Origin: Candidatus Methylomirabilota bacterium
GTDB lineage: Bacteria; Methylomirabilota; Methylomirabilia; Rokubacteriales; CSP1-6
DNA length: 64,000 nucleotides
Direction: 5' to 3'
Assembly (NCBI GenBank): GCA_046723475.1
Contig: JBKOUQ010000147.1
Span: 23,487-87,486 of the forward strand
Shown here: in pieces, positions 37,536 through 46,048 of the stretch
How positions within the stretch are numbered: the stretch's first letter is position 1
Layout: each line of letters begins with the position of its first letter
Notes under the pieces: model-generated
The model's input: the letters and a program-made list of their open reading frames with translations, nothing else
Database searches by the model: none
Told to the model about the DNA's origin: nothing
Translations under genes and position numbers: made by a program

Positions 37536-38726
37536 TCATTGCACGACGCGCTGGCTCTGGAGATTCCGGACGTCGTCGAGCGTGTAGCCGAGCCACGTGA
37601 GCACGTCCGCGGAGTCCTCGCCGAGCAGCGGCGGCACGCGGCGCACGCCCGGACGTTGACCGTCCCAGCGCAGCGGCAGCCCGATCGTCCGGTAGTCACG
37701 CAGCCGTGGGTGCGGCGCCGACATGACCAAGCCGCCGGCGGCGGTCTGCGGCTCCTCGAGCACGCGATCGATGGTGAGGATTGGCGAGGCCGGGACGCCG
37801 GCGCCGCGCATGCGGTCAACGACCTCCGCCGTCTTCAGCGGCCGCGTCAGCGCGGCGACCGATTGCGCGAGCGCCTCACGATGGCGCACGCGCGACGGGT
37901 TGTCGACGAAGCGCGGATCGGAGGCGAGCGCGTCGGCGCCGAGTGCGTCGGCGAGCCGCCGGAACAGCGCGTCCGAGCCGGCCGCGATCATCACGTAGCC
38001 GTCGGCCGTGGGGAACGCCTGGTACGGTGCGATCATCGCCGTGCCCGAGCCTTGCGGCTGCGGCACCGCGCCGTCGCCGAAGTAGCCCGCGATGTGGTAC
38101 GAGACCCACGTCAACGCCGTCTCGAAGAGGGCCGTCGTCACCTCCACCGCCCGCCCCGTCCGATCGCGCTCACGGAGCGCGGCGACGATGCCGAGCGCGG
38201 CCCACATGCCGGTGCCCATGTCGACGAGCGAGGTGCCGACGCGCGCGGGCTCCTGGCCCGGATGTCCGTTGACTGACATGAGCCCGGCGTATGCCTGCAT
38301 CAGGGGATCGTAGCCGGGCAGCGAGGCGAGCGGTCCCTCGGTGCCGAACGCGGTGATCGAGCAGTACACGAGCCGGGGATTCAGCGCCGTCGCGCCGGCG
38401 AAATCGAGTCCGAGCTCGCCGATGACGCCGGCGCGCAGGCTTTGCACGAACACATCCGCGCGCCGGATGAGACGCTTGAGAATCTCGATGCCCCCCTCGG
38501 CCTTGAGGTCCAGCGCGAGGCTCTTCTTGTTGCGATTGAGCGCGACGAACACGGCGCTCTCTCGCGACCAGAACGGCGGGCCCCACGCGCGCGCATCATC
38601 GCCGCGTCCGGGACGCTCGATCTTGATGACGTCGGCGCCCATGTCGCCGAGCGTCTGGGTGCAGAAGGGGCCGGCGACGTTCTGTGTGAGGTCGGCGACG
38701 ACGATCCCGTCCAGAGGCAGAGCCAC
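37536..38726 (-). CDS. CoA-transferase family III
   Basis: GTG start gives MALPLDGIVVADLTQNVAGPFCTQTLGDMGADVIKIE. GYDPLMQAYAGLMS is present. The 83-aa track extension is rejected. Confidence 0.85.
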   Translation of the reverse strand: MALPLDGIVVADLTQNVAGPFCTQTLGDMGADVIKIERPGRGDDARAWGPPFWSRESAVFVALNRNKKSLALDLKAEGGIEILKRLIRRADVFVQSLRAGVIGELGLDFAGATALNPRLVYCSITAFGTEGPLASLPGYDPLMQAYAGLMSVNGHPGQEPARVGTSLVDMGTGMWAALGIVAALRERDRTGRAVEVTTALFETALTWVSYHIAGYFGDGAVPQPQGSGTAMIAPYQAFPTADGYVMIAAGSDALFRRLADALGADALASDPRFVDNPSRVRHREALAQSVAALTRPLKTAEVVDRMRGAGVPASPILTIDRVLEEPQTAAGGLVMSAPHPRLRDYRTIGLPLRWDGQRPGVRRVPPLLGEDSADVLTWLGYTLDDVRNLQSQRVVQ

Positions 38727-38772
38727 GGACGGCAGTGTAACAGCGGCGTCCGAGCGCGGCGAGCCGCGCCGC

Positions 38773-39129
38773 TCAGCGGTGGTATCGCGTCTCGAACAGG
38801 AGCGCGCCGCCAGGACTCGCATACGGTCCGTGGCGCATGCCCGGCGGACGGCACGCGTACATGCCCTCCGAAAACGTTCGGCCGAGCCCGAGGTCATCGA
38901 GACTGCCCTGGACGATGAGCACCTCTTCCCAGAAATCGTGCGCGATGGTCTCCGTCGTGCGGACGCCCGGGGCAAATCGCAACAGCCGCGTCACGTCGCC
39001 CGTGGCCGGATCGCGGCTGAGCACTTTCTGCTCGATCCCGGGACCGCCCGCGCCCGCCGCAGCAGAGCCGGCCACCGCTTCCCAGGGCAGATGATCAGGG
39101 CGGAAAAACTCGAGCTCGGGCTTCGGCAT
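38773..39129 (-). CDS. Cupin-domain protein (ChrR-like cupin)
   Basis: 118 aa with beta-rich sequence ...TETIAHDFWEEVLIVQGSLDD...GMYACRPPGMRHGP typical of small cupins. Confidence 0.55.
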   Translation of the reverse strand: MPKPELEFFRPDHLPWEAVAGSAAAGAGGPGIEQKVLSRDPATGDVTRLLRFAPGVRTTETIAHDFWEEVLIVQGSLDDLGLGRTFSEGMYACRPPGMRHGPYASPGGALLFETRYHR

Positions 39130-39134
39130 GCCGG

Positions 39135-39671
39135 TCAGCGTCGAGCTGGTGACGCCAGCAACGATTCAACGAGCACGTGCGCAGCCGGCGATTCCCACGG
39201 CACGGTCCCGATCGCGCGGCCGACCAGCCGGCCCTCGCGATCGATGAAGTACACCGTTGGCGGGCCCCAGACCCCGTAGATCCTGCCCGCCGTGTCGCCG
39301 CTCGTGTCGAGCAGCACCGGCGCGGTGTAGCGGCGTTCGGCGACGGTTTTTCGAACGAGGTCAGTATCCTCGCGGAACGTGACCAATCGGACTTCGAGCC
39401 CGCGATCGTGATACGCCCGGTAGAGGGCGTCGACGGAAGGCAACGCCTTCCGACAATCCGGTCACCACGTCGCCCAGAAGTAGAGGATGACGACATTGCC
39501 GCGCAGCGCCTCGAGTGTCTGCGTCTTGCCGTCGAGATCGGGCAACGATAAGGCGGGCGCCGGCTTGGGTGGCTCGTACGGCAGAATCTGCAGCGTCTCC
39601 CAGTCGGGCGCGGGCGTCGCCGCCGCCGTGAGCACGAGCACGGCGACGAGCGCCACGAGCGACCGGCTCAT
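39135..39671 (-). CDS. TlpA/ResA-like thiol:disulfide oxidoreductase, candidate selenoprotein (in-frame TGA at 39462-39464 replaces the first Cys of WCxxC)
   Basis: Signal peptide MSRSLVALVAVLVLTAAA, then ...VVILYFWATW-TGA-PDCRKALPSVDALYRAY matches FWATWCGPCR with U-x-x-C. The two track ORFs (39462..39671 and 39135..39443) are in the same frame, separated only by the TGA. A hairpin GGAAGGC-GUU-GCCUUCC starts ~10 nt after the TGA. Confidence 0.6.
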
Positions 39672-40231
39672 TTTGCCCCCGAGGCCTTGAGCGCTTGCAG
39701 CACCTCGTCGGGATTCAAGAGCTCGAGCGGGTTCTGCATGACTTTCGCATAGCGGACGACGCCCTCGCGATCGATGACGAAGTACGCGCGCTTGGCGTAC
39801 CGGTAGATCGGGCTCGCTTCGTTCATCTCCATCGCCCCGTACGCCGGTAGCATCGTGCGCCGAAAGTCCGAGAGCAGGAGGTGCTTCGTGCCGTTCTGCT
39901 TGCTGAATGCCTCGAGCGTTGCCGCGTGATCGGCACTGACGCCCACGACCTGGGCGCCTGCGGCTTCGAACTGCGGCCGGGCCGCGTCGAAGTCCGCAAT
40001 CTCCTTCGCTCAGGTCGAGGTGAACGCCTGGATGAAGGTGTAGACGACGACCGGACCCTTCGCGGTCAGGTCGGACAGCTTTACGGGCGGGGTGTTACGG
40101 TCGGCGGACTTTGGCAGCGTGAAGTCGGGGGCTTTCTCACCGACGGCCAGCGCGTGGGCCGCGCCGGCCATGATCAGCACCCCCAGCACGCCCAACAAGA
40201 CCGCCGCGCACACATGACGTCGTGGTGTCAT
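39668..40231 (-). CDS. Peroxiredoxin (AhpC/TSA-Bcp-like), candidate selenoprotein (in-frame TGA at 40010-40012 at the peroxidatic Cys position)
   Basis: RBS GAGGAGGAG precedes ATG 40231. Signal-like MTPRRHVCAAVLLGVLGVLIMAGAAHA, then ...VVVYTFIQAFTST-TGA-AKEIADFDAARPQFEAAGAQVVGVSAD corresponds to the Prx FTxVCPTEI core. Both track fragments are in-frame. ATGA overlap with the downstream Sec-TlpA gene. Confidence 0.6.
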
Positions 40232-40301
40232 CGGAGGGCTCCTCCTCGGCACAGAGGATCGCATACGCCACAAACCGCCCTCGTGCGGCCGCGGTTCCCG
40301 C

Positions 40302-41342
40302 TTATTTGCGCCCGGTGAGCTCGGCGCGCACGACGGCCGCGCCCGCGGCCAGCCCCGTGAGCTTCTGGTTGCACATGTAGCGCGGGGACCAGCCGAAGCC
40401 ACAGTCGGGGTTGAGCGTCAGCTTTTCGGCGGGACACACCTTGAGCACGCGGCGGATGCGGTTCGCGACGGAGTCCGCGGTTTCTTCCTGGAAGCCCTTC
40501 ACGTCGATGACGCCGGCGCCCAGCTCGCGGCCGTCGCCGTACTTTTGCCAGAGCTCGAGCTCGGAGAGCTCGCGACTCGCGAACTCGAGCACGAACTGGT
40601 CTGCGCGCGCCTTGAGGACACCCGGAAAGTATGGCTCGTACGAACGCGAGAAGCGTGAGCGTCCGAAGCGATTCCCGAAGCAGATGTGGAAGCCTAGCTT
40701 GGCGCGCACGCCGTCGGTGGCGAGGTTGAACAGCCGCGCCATCTCTTCGCCCGACACGTTGCCGCGCGCGGGCTCGTCGAGCTGGATCAGCTGTGCGCCG
40801 GCGGCGACAAGGCCCTTCAGCTCGGCGTTGATGACCTCCGCGAAGCGCTCGGCGACGTCCACCACGCTCTTGTACGCGCTGCCTGGATGGATCCGCGAGC
40901 CGAACGTGAGCGGGCCCGCGCACGTGGCCTTCAGCGCGCGGTGCGTGTGGGCGCGCAGGAACTCGAAGTCGCGCACGAGTCCGAACCCCGTCGACGGCAC
41001 CTCGATGCGCCCGACCGCCTCGTAGCGCTGCTGCTGGTCGTAGCCCCACGGGCCGGCCTTCCGGCGCACGGGCAGCGGCGCGATGTTCTTGATGATGCGG
41101 TAGTACGTGTCCACGTAGCCGTCCGTGCGTCGGGCCTCGCCGTCGGTAATGATGTCGATGCCCGCCGTTTCCATGTCGCGGATGGCGGTGTGCACGGCAT
41201 CGTCGAACATCTCGTCCATGTCGCCGGGGCCCATCTCGCCGGCCTCCCAGGCTTTGACAGCGGTGAACCACCAGCCGGGCTTGCCATGAGATCCGACCAC
41301 CGATGTGGGCAACAAGGGCACTTGGGTCATGCGCGAGATCAT
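40302..41342 (-). CDS. Cobalamin-independent methionine synthase C-terminal (MetE_C/UroD-like) domain protein
   Basis: 346 aa with DGEARRTDGYVDTYY, IQLDEPA and GFHICFGN...NPDCGFGWSP, a MetE catalytic-domain-like Zn site. Confidence 0.8.
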   Translation of the reverse strand: MISRMTQVPLLPTSVVGSHGKPGWWFTAVKAWEAGEMGPGDMDEMFDDAVHTAIRDMETAGIDIITDGEARRTDGYVDTYYRIIKNIAPLPVRRKAGPWGYDQQQRYEAVGRIEVPSTGFGLVRDFEFLRAHTHRALKATCAGPLTFGSRIHPGSAYKSVVDVAERFAEVINAELKGLVAAGAQLIQLDEPARGNVSGEEMARLFNLATDGVRAKLGFHICFGNRFGRSRFSRSYEPYFPGVLKARADQFVLEFASRELSELELWQKYGDGRELGAGVIDVKGFQEETADSVANRIRRVLKVCPAEKLTLNPDCGFGWSPRYMCNQKLTGLAAGAAVVRAELTGRK

Positions 41343-42079
41343 AAGCCCTGCCCGACGATGCGCGCCAGGTCGGGTCGGCCGCGGAGATCCTCGGGCGGCG
41401 CTGCGAACACGATCTCGCCGCGCTCGATCACGTAGAGCCGCGTGGTGTACGCGGGCACGTGATGGATGTTCGATTCGGCCAGAACGATGGCAAGCCCGAG
41501 TCGCGCGATCGCGGCGATCGATTCCGCGAGCTGCGGGACGATGGCCGGCGACAGCCCCTCGAACGGCTCATCGAGCAGCAGCAGCCTGGGGTCCAGCGCG
41601 AGCGCCCGCGCGATCGACAGCATTTTGCGCTCGCCGCCCGAAAGCTGCGCGCCGCCGCGCGCGCCGACAGCGTGCAGTCGCGGGAAGATCTCGTACGCGC
41701 GTGCGAGACGCTCCGCGGCCGGCCGTCCGCCCGGGCGCGTCCACGTCGCGAGCTCGATGTTTTCCGCGACGGTCAGGTCCGCGAATACCGCGCTCTCTTC
41801 CGGTGCGTAGCCGACGCCACGCGCGGCGATGGCGTGCGTCGGAGCGCCGGCGATCGACGCGCCGTCGAGCGTGATCGTTCCCGAGGTGGGACGCAGATAC
41901 CCCATGACCGTGCGAAGCGTCGTCGTCTTGCCCGCGCCGTTGCGACCGACGAGACACACCAGCTCGCCGGCCGCCGCCTCGAGCGAGATGCTGCGCAGAA
42001 TGTGACTCGCCTGGATCGACACGTCGACGTTACGCAGCACGAGCATCGCGTTACGGGCTACGCACGACCCGGCCGTCAT
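41339..42079 (-). CDS. ABC transporter ATP-binding protein (LivF-like)
   Basis: Walker A GRNGAGKTT, signature LSGGERKMLSIARAL and Walker B LLLLDEP. Confidence 0.9.
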   Translation of the reverse strand: MTAGSCVARNAMLVLRNVDVSIQASHILRSISLEAAAGELVCLVGRNGAGKTTTLRTVMGYLRPTSGTITLDGASIAGAPTHAIAARGVGYAPEESAVFADLTVAENIELATWTRPGGRPAAERLARAYEIFPRLHAVGARGGAQLSGGERKMLSIARALALDPRLLLLDEPFEGLSPAIVPQLAESIAAIARLGLAIVLAESNIHHVPAYTTRLYVIERGEIVFAAPPEDLRGRPDLARIVGQGL

Positions 42080-42852
42080 GGCTGCGTGCGCGCCGGCGTC
42101 GCGGCGATGCCCAGGACCGTCGAGACCACCCGCGCGTCCGCGCGGATCGCGTCGGGCGTCGCGTCGGCCAGCACGCGGCCCTGATGCAGCGCGACGATGC
42201 GACGCGAATACGCGAAGACGATGTCCATGTCGTGCTCCACCTGCACGATGGCCCGGGTTCCGATCCGTTCCGCGGCGCGCACGAGGGTGTCCATGATCGC
42301 GGTCTTGTCGGCGGTGCTCACGCCGCTCGTCGGCTCGTCCATGAGGATCATGTCCGGCCGCAGCGCGAAGGCGCTGGCGACATCGAGCAGCTTTTTGTCG
42401 CCCTGCGGCAGCGTGCGCGCGGGGCGTCCGAGCTTGTCGGCGAGGCCGAACAGCTCGGCAACCTCTTCGACGGCGGCGCGGACCTCCGCATCGCGGGCGC
42501 GCGTGGCGAATGGCCGTGCGGCTTGCCGCAGCCGCGACAGCGCGGCCACGGCCAGCGTGTCGGCCACGGTGAGCGCGGGAAAGATCGTCACGAGCTGGAA
42601 CGATCGCGCCATGCCGAGCCGGGCCAGCCGCACGGGTCCCGCGCCGGCGACGTCGACGCCCTTGAAGCGCACGTGGCCGGACGTGGGCGTCGCGAGCCCC
42701 GTGAGTACGTTGACCAGCGTCGTCTTGCCGGCGCCGTTGGGGCCGATGATCGACACGAATTCCCCCGCGTGCACGCGCAGGCTGACGCCGTCGAGCGCGC
42801 GCGTCGCGCCATAGGATTTGCGCACGTCCTCCGCCTCGAGCAGCACGCTCAC
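42076..42852 (-). CDS. ABC transporter ATP-binding protein (LivG-like)
   Basis: Walker A GPNGAGKTT. LPQGDKKLLDVASAFA is signature-like. Walker B ILMDEP. Confidence 0.9.
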   Translation of the reverse strand: MSVLLEAEDVRKSYGATRALDGVSLRVHAGEFVSIIGPNGAGKTTLVNVLTGLATPTSGHVRFKGVDVAGAGPVRLARLGMARSFQLVTIFPALTVADTLAVAALSRLRQAARPFATRARDAEVRAAVEEVAELFGLADKLGRPARTLPQGDKKLLDVASAFALRPDMILMDEPTSGVSTADKTAIMDTLVRAAERIGTRAIVQVEHDMDIVFAYSRRIVALHQGRVLADATPDAIRADARVVSTVLGIAATPARTQP

Positions 42853-43793
42853 GAGGCGGGTGATCGCCGCGGGTCGAGCAGGCCCATCAACCCGCGCGGA
42901 AAGAAGAGGACGACGACGGCGAGGATCGCGCCGAACACGAAGCGCCAGTACGCCGTGAGCGACATCACGGCGTCCTGGAGGAGGATGAAGACGACCGCGC
43001 CCAGGACCGGTCCGAGGAAATGCTCGAAGCCGCCGAGCAACAGCATGAACACGAGATTGCCGGAGTGCGTCCAGTACGCGAGCAGCGGGTCCGCGAGGCC
43101 CGTCGGCACGACGAGCAGCACGCCGCCGACCGCGCCGAACACGGCCGCCACGACGAACGCCGCCAGCCGATACCGGTGCACGCTGATGCCCAGCGACTCG
43201 GCCTTCGCGGGATTCTCGCGGATGCAGTGCAGCGACAGCCCGAACGGTGACGTCACGAGCCGTCGCATGACGAAGGCGGCGACGATCACAACGCCGAGCG
43301 CGTAGTAGTAGAACGGACCGGTGAGAAAGGCGACCTTGTCGAGCTGCGCGAGCGGCCGGCCCAGCAGCACCGGGCGGATCACACGCATGCCCTCATCGCC
43401 GCCGGTCAGCGTGTAGAACTTGAACAGGAACGAGTAGAAGAGCATCCCGAACGCGAGCGTCAGCACGCCGAAGTAGATCTTCACGTAGCGGACGCACAGG
43501 ATGCCGATCGGAAGCGCGACGCTCGCCGCGATCACGGCCGCGGCGGCGAGCATGATCTCGAGGCTGCGCACCCCGAGGCCCGTGAGGACCGCGGCGGTGT
43601 ACCCGCCCAGCGCGACGAACAGCGCGTGGCCGAACGACAGCAGACCGGCGCCGCCGAACAGGAGGTTGAGGCCCAGCAGCGCGATGGCGTAGCCGAACGC
43701 CGGCAGGAGGAGCGTCGTCGTGTACGGCACCCCCGCCAGCGGCAGCAGCACGAGCGCCGCCGCCGCCGCCACACCCAGCACGCGAACGATCAC
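42849..43793 (-). CDS. Branched-chain-type ABC permease (LivM-like)
   Basis: GTG start (GTGA overlap with livH-like stop) gives VIVRVLGVAAAAALVLLPLAG...LSFGHALFVALGGY... with multi-TM topology. The upstream 255 aa of the track ORF is an artefact. Confidence 0.85.
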   Translation of the reverse strand: MIVRVLGVAAAAALVLLPLAGVPYTTTLLLPAFGYAIALLGLNLLFGGAGLLSFGHALFVALGGYTAAVLTGLGVRSLEIMLAAAAVIAASVALPIGILCVRYVKIYFGVLTLAFGMLFYSFLFKFYTLTGGDEGMRVIRPVLLGRPLAQLDKVAFLTGPFYYYALGVVIVAAFVMRRLVTSPFGLSLHCIRENPAKAESLGISVHRYRLAAFVVAAVFGAVGGVLLVVPTGLADPLLAYWTHSGNLVFMLLLGGFEHFLGPVLGAVVFILLQDAVMSLTAYWRFVFGAILAVVVLFFPRGLMGLLDPRRSPAS

Positions 43794-44512
43794 GCCGTCG
43801 CCTTCGCGAAGAGACCGGCCGGCCGCAGGACGAGCACGCCGATGACGATGACGTAGACGGCGAGCATCTCGACCTCCGGCCACGTCGCGATGGCGACCGC
43901 CTTCACCACGCCGACGATCAGCGCGCCCGCGAATGCGCCGCGCATGCTGCCGAGGCCGCCGATGACGACGACCGCGAACGCCTCGACGATGACGTCGATG
44001 CCCATCTCGTTGACGGCGGCGGTCGCCGGGATCACGAGCGCGCCCCCGACGGTACCGAGGACGACGCCGAGCGTGAAGACGCGCGTGTACACGCGCGCCA
44101 TGTCGACGCCCATCGCCTCGGCCATCTCGCGATTCTCTGCCGTCGCCCGCACGATCCGGCCGAAGCGCGTACGCGCCAGCAGCCACCCCATCGCGCCTGC
44201 GATCGCGGCCCCACTGGCGATGACGACGAGGTTGTACGTCGGCACGCTCAGCGCGCCGACGCGGATCGTGCCGTAGGCGAGGTAGACGTTGCCGAGCTGG
44301 TGTGGGGCGGTGCCCCAGAAGAAGCGAATGACGTCCTCGAACATCAGCACGAGCGCGAAGGTGAGGAGGAGCTGAAAGGATTCGTCCCGGTCGTAGATCG
44401 GCCGCAGCAGGCGCTCGATCGGCGGACCGAGGACGCCGAGGACGAGCCCGGCGGCGAGCAGCACGGGAAAGAACCCGGCCGTGGGCAGCCCGGCGCCGAG
44501 CGCCCACCGCAC
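43790..44512 (-). CDS. Branched-chain-type ABC permease (LivH-like), N-terminus probably longer
   Basis: Track ORF from GTG 44512. In-frame upstream sequence LDQRLEGLTLLGILLGGVFHAAVLFLVAAGLQLVFGV... still matches LivH N-terminal helices but has no canonical start codon (see findings). Confidence 0.8.
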   Translation of the reverse strand: MRWALGAGLPTAGFFPVLLAAGLVLGVLGPPIERLLRPIYDRDESFQLLLTFALVLMFEDVIRFFWGTAPHQLGNVYLAYGTIRVGALSVPTYNLVVIASGAAIAGAMGWLLARTRFGRIVRATAENREMAEAMGVDMARVYTRVFTLGVVLGTVGGALVIPATAAVNEMGIDVIVEAFAVVVIGGLGSMRGAFAGALIVGVVKAVAIATWPEVEMLAVYVIVIGVLVLRPAGLFAKATA

Positions 44513-44664
44513 GGCGGAGACGCCGGCATACGCGCCGAGCGCGTAGAACGAGCCGCACGCGAGGTTGAGGATCCTCTGGACGCCGAAGACGAGCTGCAGT
44601 CCCGCCGCAACCAGGAACAGAACGGCGGCGTGGAAGACGCCGCCGAGCAGAATTCCGAGGAGGG

Positions 44665-45936
44665 TCAGACCTTCCAGCCGTTGATCCAGTCGTAGAGACC
44701 CACGCCCGACGGCTTTTGAATCTGCTTCGTGTCCATGGACTCGACGGGATCGATCGTCACGAAGTCGTAGCGATTTTTGTGAGTCGTGAGGCCCTGGAAG
44801 AACGTGGCCTCCATGATGTGGTCCTCACGATAGCGCCGCCGACCGGACAGTGACTCGGCCTCGACGCCTTCGAGGGCCTGGATGATCGCGTCCTGCGACG
44901 GCCACTTGCCGCCGCCCGCCTTGGCCGCCCGCTCCACGGCGGCCTTGTACGCGACGACGGTAAAGTACGCGTGGTCGGATTCGTAGTTCGGCCACTCCTT
45001 GAACTTCTCCGCGTGCCAGCGCGTGAACTCCTTGGCGAGCGCGCTCGCCTTCGGATTTTCGAAGTAAAAGCAGTTGTAGCCGAGGATCGCGCCCTCGGGC
45101 GTGAAGTCCTTCTTCAGCGCCTCGTGCACGCCGCCGCCGGTCGTGAGCACGAACTTCGTCGACTTCGTCAAGCCGGCGGCGTGCGCCTGCTTCATGAAGA
45201 TCGGCGTGTCGCCCGCCCAGTGGCAGGAAAAGACGAGATCGGGCTTGGCCTGCACGAGCGTGGCCACGTGCGACGTGAAATCCGTGGCGCCGAGCTTGGG
45301 CCAGAGCTCGCTCACGACGGAGACCTCGATCCCGTACTTCTTCATGATCGCAAGGAACGCGGCCCAGTTGTCTCGTCCGTACGAATAGTCGGGATTGATG
45401 CCGGCGACCGTCTTGAACTGCCCCTTCCACCGCCGCGCGGTCAGGATGGAGGCCATGACCGCCTCGCATTCGTTGTCGGTGGAGCGGAACGAGTACTTCG
45501 GCTTCGGCATCGATTCCTCGACACCTTTTTGTGTGGTGGCGTCCCAGGCGAGCCAGATGGTCTTCATCTCCTCCGCGGCCGGGCCGAGCGCGAGCCCGAC
45601 GCCGGTGGAGATCGCGCCGGTGACGGCGTCGACCTTGTCGGAGAGCGCCAGCTTACGGAAGCGCTCGACGGTGTCCTTCGGGCTCGACTCTTCTTCGATG
45701 ACCAGCTCGATCTTCCGTCCGAGGATGCCACCGGCGGCGTTGACCCGGTCCGTGGCGAACTGGACGCCGCGCAGCCCCGACTCGCCGACCGGGGCCAGCA
45801 CGCCGGCCTTCGCGGCCAGGACCCCGATCCGAACGGGTCCCGCCTGAGCCCGCGCGGGTGCCGCATCGAGAGGCAGGGCCCCGACGACAGCGGCAGCGCC
45901 CGAGACCTTCAAAAAACGTCGACGAGTCAAGCGCAT
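44665..45936 (-). CDS. ABC transporter substrate-binding protein (branched-chain amino acid/Leu-Ile-Val type), Tat signal
   Basis: RBS AAGGAGGAG. MRLTRRRFLKVSGAAAVVGALPLDAAPARAQ is a Tat signal. Periplasmic-binding-protein type-I fold sequence. Confidence 0.9.
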   Translation of the reverse strand: MRLTRRRFLKVSGAAAVVGALPLDAAPARAQAGPVRIGVLAAKAGVLAPVGESGLRGVQFATDRVNAAGGILGRKIELVIEEESSPKDTVERFRKLALSDKVDAVTGAISTGVGLALGPAAEEMKTIWLAWDATTQKGVEESMPKPKYSFRSTDNECEAVMASILTARRWKGQFKTVAGINPDYSYGRDNWAAFLAIMKKYGIEVSVVSELWPKLGATDFTSHVATLVQAKPDLVFSCHWAGDTPIFMKQAHAAGLTKSTKFVLTTGGGVHEALKKDFTPEGAILGYNCFYFENPKASALAKEFTRWHAEKFKEWPNYESDHAYFTVVAYKAAVERAAKAGGGKWPSQDAIIQALEGVEAESLSGRRRYREDHIMEATFFQGLTTHKNRYDFVTIDPVESMDTKQIQKPSGVGLYDWINGWKV

Positions 45937-46048
45937 GCGCTCCTCCTTGAGTAGTCCGACGGCGGCGTCGGGCCGGTCATTGTAGCCTGCGGCCGCGCGC
46001 GGATGCTATAGTCGGCGCGTTCCCACTCGCGATCCGCCGGGGGAGACT

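Noticed and set aside
39443-39464. Interpreting the TlpA-like and Prx genes as pseudogenes split by nonsense mutations
   Set aside because: This is less likely than Sec recoding. Both TGAs fall exactly on catalytic Cys codons, the downstream frames are intact and translationally coupled, and an appropriately spaced hairpin follows the TlpA TGA. It is kept as the alternative hypothesis in the findings.
45937-46048. Possible SAM or cobalamin riboswitch upstream of the Liv-type/MetE-like operon
   Set aside because: The leader is only ~45 nt downstream of a TACAAT -10-like box and contains just a short palindromic hairpin. That is too short and lacks riboswitch consensus elements.
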